The notes below the pieces were generated by a model that was not told where the DNA came from, ran no database searches, and saw nothing but the letters and a program-made list of their open reading frames with translations. A DNA stretch of 64,000 nucleotides from a bacterium (GTDB lineage: Bacteria; Patescibacteriota; Minisyncoccia; Phycocordibacterales; UBA9973): NCBI GenBank assembly GCA_037127795.1, contig JBAXXQ010000001.1, positions 78,607 through 142,606 on the forward strand, given 5' to 3'. A program made the translations under genes and the position numbers. Below, piece after piece: positions 56,894-64,000 of this stretch (the stretch's first letter is position 1; each line of letters starts with the position of its first letter).

Positions 56894-57028
56894 AATACAA
56901 GTATATATGTATTACTATATAAGTCAAATATGGATAATATATAAAACTATTGACATTTCATACTCATATATGATAATGTTTATTTAAATAAATTGGCTAA
57001 AAGCCGTCAAATTAAAAATTATATAGAA

Positions 57029-57538
57029 ATGGAGGAATCTTTATTTTTACAAGATATGGGTACAGTATCACTTGGTGCCTGTAGGACATTTATCACAAAG
57101 GATTTTTTTACAGAATGTAATGAAGACTATATAGAGAGATTTATATTTTGTCGTGCATTTAAGAAAAAAATAATACCTGTTGCGTCTACTACGATAAAAG
57201 CTAAAGCTATACTTCTAAAAAGGAGGAAGCTTATCGGTCCTGCGTATGATAGTATTATTTTAGCTAAGTTTAGTGATCCACCAGTTTTAAGTGTAGATAG
57301 TTTTTTAGCATACCTTAAAAAACTTATTAGTAATCAACCTAAAATTAAAGAAGGAAATCTTCTTACTAATGGTTACCCTAATATATTTTTTGTACAATTA
57401 GATGGTCGGATTGTTATTGTTGATGCAGTATGGAGTACTAGTCTACTTATATGGTCTCTTCGCTGTTTTGAAATTGATGAATTTTCTGAGAATTTAAAAG
57501 GTGCTTTTGTTTTCTTTCCTATTACTACTAAAACTTAA
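57029..57538 (+). CDS. Hypothetical protein
   Basis: QP...EG.LLTNGY.NIF and W...W C-terminus; own promoter and terminator. Confidence 0.65.
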   Translation: MEESLFLQDMGTVSLGACRTFITKDFFTECNEDYIERFIFCRAFKKKIIPVASTTIKAKAILLKRRKLIGPAYDSIILAKFSDPPVLSVDSFLAYLKKLISNQPKIKEGNLLTNGYPNIFFVQLDGRIVIVDAVWSTSLLIWSLRCFEIDEFSENLKGAFVFFPITTKT

Positions 57539-57592
57539 CCTTTTTTCTTAAATGGTAAAAGGCTCACACTTGTGAGCCTTTTTTGTTATACT

Positions 57593-58978
57593 ATGCGCAT
57601 GAAAGAAGTGCATACAGAAGGAACGTTAGAAAAAATTGTTACAGAATCAGCGGAAGTGTTTGATGAGGGGGTGCAAGAAGTGTCTCACTTGGAGCATGAA
57701 TTTATTAGTAAAAAACCTTTTCGTTTTGCAAAAGAGTATTGGGATATATTAGGGCCAGGGCTCACTACAGGGGCCGCAGATGATGATGCTTCTGGTATTG
57801 TGACGTATTCTCAAACAGGTGCCCAATACGGTACACGATTTTTGTGGCTTTCTTGGTTTTCATTCCCGCTTATGGCTTTTGTACAAGAGATGTGTGCACG
57901 TCTCGGTATTGTAAAAGGGAAGGGGCTTGCTGGTGTAATGCGTGAACACCTATCAGTGCGTGTTTTGTATTTTGTGACCGCATTACTATTTCTTGCCAAT
58001 ACATTTAACATAGGCGCAGATCTTGGTGCTATGGCAGAAAGTACTCAGCTCATCCTGCCTCATATTCCTTTTGCAGTTTTGGTATTTGGTTTTGGTTTAC
58101 TCATAGTACTACTTCAGTTGTATACGACATATGCGCGATATGCAAAATATCTCAAATATACAGGACTTGTATTGTTTGCATATATTATTTCTGCATTTTT
58201 GGTACACCTCCCGTGGCGTAGTGTGTTGATACATACCGCAGTACCACATATGGCATTCAATAAAGATGAAGTACTTTTGGTTTGTGGAATTTTGGGAACA
58301 ACAATTTCTCCATATCTGTTCTTCTGGCAAACATCTCAAGAAGTAGAAGAAAAACATTTGGAAAAAGTACAAAATCATACAGGACACACGCTTTCATTAA
58401 AGAAACAAATTTCTCGTATGCGTATAGATGTATGGAGTGGGATGTTTTTCTCAAACGCAGTAATGTTCTTCATTATTGCTGCTTGTGCCGGAGCATTGTT
58501 CACTCATGGTATCAATGATATTACGACAGCACGAGAAGCTGCAGAAGCGCTTCGCCCATTCGCAGGAAATTTTGCTTCAACTATTTTTGCAGTGGGAATT
58601 ATTGGTATAGGATTTCTTGCAATACCTGTACTTGCTGGGTCTAGCGCATATGCATTGTCTGAGAGTATGGGCTGGCGCGAAGGATTGTATAAAAAGGTAA
58701 AACAGGCTCGTGCGTTTTATGGAGTAATTCTCATGTCTGTGATTATCGGTATCGCATTGAACTTCACTCATATTAGCTCAATGAAGTTGTTGTTATACTC
58801 TGCAATCGCAAATGGTATCGTTGCGCCAGTTATTATTTTCTTTATTGTAAAATTGAGTGCGCAAAAAAGTATTATGGGGGAGCATACTAATTCAAAAACA
58901 CTTACATTCATAGGGTACGCTTTGGTAGTCGCTATGGCGACATGTGCGCTTGCTACTATCTATTTCCTCTTTGTATAA
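57593..58978 (+). CDS. NRAMP-family divalent metal transporter
   Basis: LGPGL.TGAADDDASGI.TYSQ.GA, GTTISPYLFFWQ. Confidence 0.92.
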   Translation: MRMKEVHTEGTLEKIVTESAEVFDEGVQEVSHLEHEFISKKPFRFAKEYWDILGPGLTTGAADDDASGIVTYSQTGAQYGTRFLWLSWFSFPLMAFVQEMCARLGIVKGKGLAGVMREHLSVRVLYFVTALLFLANTFNIGADLGAMAESTQLILPHIPFAVLVFGFGLLIVLLQLYTTYARYAKYLKYTGLVLFAYIISAFLVHLPWRSVLIHTAVPHMAFNKDEVLLVCGILGTTISPYLFFWQTSQEVEEKHLEKVQNHTGHTLSLKKQISRMRIDVWSGMFFSNAVMFFIIAACAGALFTHGINDITTAREAAEALRPFAGNFASTIFAVGIIGIGFLAIPVLAGSSAYALSESMGWREGLYKKVKQARAFYGVILMSVIIGIALNFTHISSMKLLLYSAIANGIVAPVIIFFIVKLSAQKSIMGEHTNSKTLTFIGYALVVAMATCALATIYFLFV

Positions 58979-59007
58979 AAGCCTTTTTTGTGATACCTTG
59001 GTACTAT

Positions 59008-59691
59008 ATGCATCCGCTTACACAGATAACGAATGAAATTGTTGAGATCTTTGCAGATCTTGGTTTCCAAGTAGTGCTTGGTCCCGAGCTTGAGAGTGAA
59101 GAATACAATTTTGATCGTCTCAACTTTCCAAAAGATCACCCAGCTCGTGATATGCAAGACACATTCTTTATCAAAGATCGTCCTGGGTACGTACTTCGTA
59201 CTCATACCTCAAATGTGCAAACTCGTTTTATGGAAGCACTTGTACAAAGTGGTGGTAAGCCGCCATTTGCAATTATTGCACCAGGAAAAGTATTTCGTAA
59301 TGAAGCAACAGACGCAACACACGAAATGCAATTTCACCAAGTAGAAGGATTGATGATTGGAGAGCAGGTAAATATGTCTCATCTCAAAGGGGTACTTCTT
59401 GATTTCTTCAAAAAGTTTCTCGGTCCTGATTCAGAGATTCGCCTTCGTCCAAGTTTCTTTCCATTCGTGGAGCCTGGAGTAGAAGTTGATGTAAGGGTGG
59501 GGGATAGATGGATCGAAGTCCTCGGTGCCGGTATGGTGCATCCGCACGTACTCGAAGCTGCAGGAATAGATTCAAAAAAATACCAAGGATTTGCATTTGG
59601 TATGGGTGCAGATAGATTTTTGGTAATGAAATATGGTGTGACAGATATCAGATTGTCATATCAAGGCGATCTCAGATTTAATCAATTTTAA
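59008..59691 (+). CDS. pheS: Phenylalanine--tRNA ligase alpha subunit (no N-terminal arm)
   Basis: HPARDMQDTF, LRTHTS, FHQVEG, FPFVEP, GFAFGMG.DR. Confidence 0.95.
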   Translation: MHPLTQITNEIVEIFADLGFQVVLGPELESEEYNFDRLNFPKDHPARDMQDTFFIKDRPGYVLRTHTSNVQTRFMEALVQSGGKPPFAIIAPGKVFRNEATDATHEMQFHQVEGLMIGEQVNMSHLKGVLLDFFKKFLGPDSEIRLRPSFFPFVEPGVEVDVRVGDRWIEVLGAGMVHPHVLEAAGIDSKKYQGFAFGMGADRFLVMKYGVTDIRLSYQGDLRFNQF

Positions 59692-59694
59692 TAT

Positions 59695-61599
59695 ATGAAA
59701 ATTTCTTACAACTGGCTACAATCATATATACAAGAACCACTTCCAAGCTTTGCGCAGCTTGAGGAAAAAATTATTTTTCACATGTTTGAAGTGGAAGAGG
59801 TAGAGCATGTTGGTGCTGATATAGTATTTGATATAAAAACACTTCCTGATAGAAATCATGATTGTTTGTCGCACCAAGGTGTTGCAAAAGAAATTGCTGG
59901 TTTGCTCGGATGTACCTTTAAAGATCCAACTGAGTTTTATAAAATCCCAGAATCGAGCCCTACAAAGCTTGTTATAGATATGCATCCAGATACTGCACGA
60001 AGATATATGTCTCGTATTGTGCGTACTGTTACTGTTGCGCCAAGTCCTACATGGGTACAAGATCATTTAAAATCTATCGGACAGCGATCAATAAATAATA
60101 TTGTTGATGCAACAAATATTGTGATGTATGATTGCGGGCAACCATGCCATGCATTTGATCTCGATAAGATCGTTGGCAATATTACTATCCGTCATGCGGT
60201 AGCAGGGGAGGCTATGACTACACTTGATAATAAAGATGTGGTACTTACAGAGTCTGATATTGTGGTTGCTGATGATGAGGGAGTCCTTGCGCTTGCTGGG
60301 GTAAAGGGTGGCAAAAAAGCAGAAGTTGATACTAATACAAAAAACATTGTTGTAGAGGTTGCAAATTTTTATCCAAACTTTGTACGCAAGACTCGTAGTC
60401 GTGTAGGGATTTTTACTGATTCTGCAAAACGTTTTGAAAATGATCTTTCTCCTGAATTGTGTGCATTTGCTATGCGAGAATTATCAGGACTTTTTGTAGA
60501 ATATGGTTTTACAGATTTTGAAGATATCGTAGATATATATCCACACAAGCAAGAAAAAAGAGAGGTAGTATTTTCTACAGGTTTTATAAATAAAAAACTT
60601 GGTACAAATATATCTGATGATGAAGTAGAAACTATTTTGAAAAATTATGGGTATGTATATGAAAAAGTTTCTCCAAAATCTCTCTTAGAAAAGTCCTCGG
60701 ATCTCCTCGCTTTGCTCGGCCAGACATTTTCTAATAGTGATTTTGTATATATTCTCACCGTGCCTGAATTGCGTTTTGATATTGCAATACCTGAAGACAT
60801 GGTAGATGAGATTGGGCGTGTGTATGGCTATGACAAAGTGGTCCCCGTAGTACCACAGCTTGATTTTGTTCCGCAAAAAAACCCTGTGTATGAAAGTATG
60901 AAAAATGCTCGTGATATATTACTTGCTCGTGAGTATAAAGAAGTCATGACGTATGGTTTTGCTGATAAAGGGGAGGTGCGAGTACTCAATAGTGCAAGTA
61001 ATAAAACCGCTCTTCGAGCAAATCTTACTGATGGGGTAAAACGAGCATACGAACTCAATAAGGGAAATGTTGCATTACTCGGTCTCAATGAAATTAAAAT
61101 TTTTGAAATAGGAACAGTCTTTACTAAAGAAAAAGAAGAGATTCATATTTGTTTTAATCTTAAAAAAGAAATTAAAGAAATGAGTCTTGAAGAATTTAAT
61201 ACAATGTTTTCTTCAGAAGAAAGTATTCTTCAGGTCTTCGGATCTCCTCGCTTTGCTCGGCCAGACCATTCAGAATATCTTTCTTCTTTTGAAAAGATAG
61301 AAGGTGTTAAAAAATTCAAAATGTGGAGTGTGTATCCATTTATAGTTCGTGATATTGCATTTTGGGCTGATGAAAAATCATACGAAGCATTTATTGCGGT
61401 GGGGGATAGTTTTGCGTCAAAGTATTGCGTGGTTCCTATGAAGATGTTCGATAGTTTTTCAAAAGAAGACAAGACTTCTTATGCATTTCGCTTTATTTTT
61501 CAATCATTTGAAAAAACCCTTACCGACGCAGAAGTAGAGGTGTGGTGGCAAGAACTACTCGCTGATATCGCTCATATATCAGGTATTACAGTACGATAA
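59695..61599 (+). CDS. pheT: Phenylalanine--tRNA ligase beta subunit (no OB-fold domain; two palindromic inserts)
   Basis: MKISYNWL, PDR..DCLS..G, SINNIVDATN, RFE, R.DI...ED..DEIGR..GY, RDIAF. Confidence 0.95.
   Translation: MKISYNWLQSYIQEPLPSFAQLEEKIIFHMFEVEEVEHVGADIVFDIKTLPDRNHDCLSHQGVAKEIAGLLGCTFKDPTEFYKIPESSPTKLVIDMHPDTARRYMSRIVRTVTVAPSPTWVQDHLKSIGQRSINNIVDATNIVMYDCGQPCHAFDLDKIVGNITIRHAVAGEAMTTLDNKDVVLTESDIVVADDEGVLALAGVKGGKKAEVDTNTKNIVVEVANFYPNFVRKTRSRVGIFTDSAKRFENDLSPELCAFAMRELSGLFVEYGFTDFEDIVDIYPHKQEKREVVFSTGFINKKLGTNISDDEVETILKNYGYVYEKVSPKSLLEKSSDLLALLGQTFSNSDFVYILTVPELRFDIAIPEDMVDEIGRVYGYDKVVPVVPQLDFVPQKNPVYESMKNARDILLAREYKEVMTYGFADKGEVRVLNSASNKTALRANLTDGVKRAYELNKGNVALLGLNEIKIFEIGTVFTKEKEEIHICFNLKKEIKEMSLEEFNTMFSSEESILQVFGSPRFARPDHSEYLSSFEKIEGVKKFKMWSVYPFIVRDIAFWADEKSYEAFIAVGDSFASKYCVVPMKMFDSFSKEDKTSYAFRFIFQSFEKTLTDAEVEVWWQELLADIAHISGITVR
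60675..60744. repeat. In-frame palindromic insert 1 in pheT
   Basis: 33-bp core 60693-60725 between 18-bp imperfect inverted arms. Confidence 0.85.
61215..61287. repeat. In-frame palindromic insert 2 in pheT
   Basis: 33-bp core 61234-61266 (32/33 identical to insert 1) between different inverted arms. Confidence 0.85.
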
Positions 61600-61640
61600 T
61601 TTTTTCAGCTCCCTCTATAAATATGCTATAGTATAGGGAT

Positions 61641-62174
61641 ATGAAGTATATAGGAATTATTGTCATTGTTTGTATTATAGGTGGGTTGGTATTTGCATGG
61701 ATAAAGACTGCGCCGCAAGAGCCGGCAGAGCAGACAGCTACAGTCTCACAAGTTGTAGATACTACTCCTGAAAAAACCGATACTACTACTGACACACAAA
61801 AAACTGATAGTTCAAAAAATATTACAAATAAAAAAATAATAAAAACAAAAGACGGTATGACAATAGAAATTTTGAAAGAAGGAACAGGGGAGGCTATTAC
61901 AAACGGAAAAACAGCTAATATGCTTTATACAGGTACTCTTGCAGATGGTACAGTTTTTGATAGTACTGATAAACACGGGGGTAAACCGTATCCATTTATT
62001 CTTGGTGTTGGCCATGTTATTAAGGGGTGGGATGAAGGTGTACTTGGTATGAAAGTAGGAGAACAAAGAAAGCTTACTATTCCTTATCAGCTCGCATATG
62101 GTGAAAATGATTATGGTCCTATTCCTGGAAAATCAACACTTATATTCACTGTAGAGCTTGTATCATTTGAGTAA
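61641..62174 (+). CDS. FKBP-type peptidyl-prolyl isomerase
   Basis: YTGTL.DG..FDS, VIKGWDEG, IP..LAYG, LIF.VEL. Confidence 0.95.
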   Translation: MKYIGIIVIVCIIGGLVFAWIKTAPQEPAEQTATVSQVVDTTPEKTDTTTDTQKTDSSKNITNKKIIKTKDGMTIEILKEGTGEAITNGKTANMLYTGTLADGTVFDSTDKHGGKPYPFILGVGHVIKGWDEGVLGMKVGEQRKLTIPYQLAYGENDYGPIPGKSTLIFTVELVSFE

Positions 62175-62179
62175 ATTAT

Positions 62180-63724
62180 ATGAAAGAAAAACTTATCGCT
62201 ACAATACAATCTATAAAAGACTTTTGGAAAAATCTTTCTAAAACAAAAAAATGGACCTTGGGTATCATTATTCTTATTGTTGCTGTTATTATTATCAAAA
62301 ATGACCCATCAGATGTCGGTGTTACTATCGAAGCGGTATCTCGCCGAGATTTGCAGCAGACAGTGCGTGCAAGTGCGACAGTGGTGAGTGCGACAGATGT
62401 GTCTTTGGGGTTTGATAGCGCAGGTACTATACAGTCTATGTATGTTGTGGTAGGTGATAAGGTAAAAAAGGGTGATATCCTTGCTCGTCTTGATGCTGCA
62501 AATGCAAAAGCTGCAGTAACTAGTGCAAAAGGTTCTCTTCTTCTTGCGCAAGCAAAATACAAAAAAGTTCTCGATGGTTCTAGTAATGAAGAGATAGCTG
62601 TTGCAAAAGCAGATTTGCAGAGTGCACAAAACGATCTCGTGCAAACAACAAAAACACAAGAAGGGCTTGTTGCAAATGCACGTAAGGCTTTGTTTTCTGA
62701 TGGACTCACCGCAGAGCTCGTAGGGGATATAGCGGGAAGTAATAATCCTATTGTGTCTGGTACTTATACTGGTGATGAAGGGCAATATACGATAAATGCA
62801 CAAAGCACTGATTATGTATCTGTAAGTGGTATTGAAACAGGTATAACAAAAATAAGTACTACTTCTCCACAACCACTCGGTACAAAAGGGCTTATGATTG
62901 TATTTCCTGGTATGCAAGGTGTTGCTGGAAGTAGTTGGAAAATAAAAATTCCTAATACAGCAAATACAAAATATACTGCAGACAATAATGCATATATTGC
63001 AGCGATGAATACTAAAGATCAGGCAATATCAAATGCGCAATCTCTCGTTGCACAAAAACAAGCCTCTCTTGCACTCAAGCAGGCAACAGCTCGTCAGGCG
63101 GATGTAGACAGTGCACTTGCAGAGGTGCTCACCGCACAAGCAGGGCTTGAGTCTGCGCAAGCAAATCTTGAGCACACTATTCTCCGCGCCCCAGCAGATG
63201 GTACTATTACTAGTGTTGAGCAAAAGCTTGGTGAAGCAGTACAGCAACAAAAAGAAGTTGTTGTTTTGCAGGATATAAAAAATCTCTATCTTGAAGCAAA
63301 AATAAGTGAAAGTAATATCGGTAGTATTGCAGTAGGACAGGCTGTTACTATAAATTATGATGCATTGCCAGGACAAAATTTCTCAGCTACTGTTTCTTCT
63401 ATAGATCCTGCCGCAATATCTTCAACAGACGGGACTATTAGTTATAAGGTAAAAATTCTTCTTGCTGATACTACAAATATCAAGCCAGGTATGAGTGCAA
63501 ATATTTCTATTCTTACTAAACAAGTACAAAACGGACTTTCAATACCAAAAAACTTTATTCAGAAAAAAGGAAATGAATCTGGGGTAATGCTTGTGACTGA
63601 TACAAAAGGAGAAAAAACTGTGTATAGAAAAGTAGAGACTGGTATAGATGCTGATGGAGGTTTTGTAGAAATACTCAATGGTCTTTCTGAGGGTGATAAG
63701 GTGTACTGGAAAGCGGCTAATTAA
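62180..63724 (+). CDS. Efflux membrane-fusion (MacA/HlyD-like) adaptor
   Basis: VGDKVKKGDILARLD, coiled coils, LRAPADG, GLSEGDKV. Confidence 0.9.
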   Translation: MKEKLIATIQSIKDFWKNLSKTKKWTLGIIILIVAVIIIKNDPSDVGVTIEAVSRRDLQQTVRASATVVSATDVSLGFDSAGTIQSMYVVVGDKVKKGDILARLDAANAKAAVTSAKGSLLLAQAKYKKVLDGSSNEEIAVAKADLQSAQNDLVQTTKTQEGLVANARKALFSDGLTAELVGDIAGSNNPIVSGTYTGDEGQYTINAQSTDYVSVSGIETGITKISTTSPQPLGTKGLMIVFPGMQGVAGSSWKIKIPNTANTKYTADNNAYIAAMNTKDQAISNAQSLVAQKQASLALKQATARQADVDSALAEVLTAQAGLESAQANLEHTILRAPADGTITSVEQKLGEAVQQQKEVVVLQDIKNLYLEAKISESNIGSIAVGQAVTINYDALPGQNFSATVSSIDPAAISSTDGTISYKVKILLADTTNIKPGMSANISILTKQVQNGLSIPKNFIQKKGNESGVMLVTDTKGEKTVYRKVETGIDADGGFVEILNGLSEGDKVYWKAAN

Positions 63725-63738
63725 TATATTTATAATAC

Positions 63739-64000
63739 ATGCCTAAAAAAACATCATGGTTTCATAGATTCGAAACAGACCTTGCCGTAGGAGGATTTCT
63801 TGCAAAGCGTGATTTGAAGCGTGCTAGTAAATGGACTACATTTCTCATTAGTTTTGTAATGCTTTTTACATTTCTCAATCTTGTTGTAGTGAGTGGTATT
63901 TTGGTAGGGCTTATCCAAGGGTCATTTGATCAAAATAGAAAGTTTGATACTGGAGATGTGATCATTAGTCCGTTTCAAAATACTGATGTGGTCAACCAAA
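63739..64000 (+). CDS. ABC transporter permease (MacB/FtsX-like), N-terminal fragment
   Basis: Hand translation ...FLAKRDLKRASKWTTFLISFVMLFTFLNLVVVSGILVGLIQGS...TGDVIISP; follows the adaptor gene. Confidence 0.75.
   Translation, partial: MPKKTSWFHRFETDLAVGGFLAKRDLKRASKWTTFLISFVMLFTFLNLVVVSGILVGLIQGSFDQNRKFDTGDVIISPFQNTDVVNQ

Noticed and set aside
746-63376. Numerous antisense and overlapping ORFs in the track (for example 6758-7342, 14378-14854, 19112-19717, 62309-62917)
   Set aside because: They shadow well-supported genes on the other strand or frame and show no motifs

Overview
AT-rich chromosomal window with the gene content of a Patescibacteria (CPR) genome, most like Parcubacteria (inferred from gene families, truncated PheS/PheT, tRNA-Arg(GCG), type IV pilus genes and near-leaderless starts; standard genetic code). 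Core genes: dnaN end, class A PBP, tyrS, ruvABC, PilB and PilMNO, tsaE, polA, zur/ZIP, a lower-glycolysis operon (ldhA-eno-pyk-pyrD-gpmA), rpsT, rplS, pheST and seven tRNAs. No integrase, transposase, rRNA or CRISPR array was seen. Most notable observations: (1) two families of structured elements downstream of tRNAs, each with a shared core; at three of the four loci the ends copy the T-arm of the adjacent tRNA; (2) a 33-bp repeat inserted twice, in different reading frames, inside pheT, sharing a tandem-GA hairpin motif with one tRNA element family; (3) two cassettes pairing a divergent winged-helix regulator with one enzyme (a cyclodipeptide synthase beside tRNA-His, and a small radical SAM enzyme flanked by a 60-bp duplicated gene end); (4) an orphan MazF/PemK gene with a convergent promoter and a predicted ~50-nt structured RNA; (5) many single-gene cassettes with shared promoter blocks. 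All calls were made by eye from motifs; no searches or folding programs were run.
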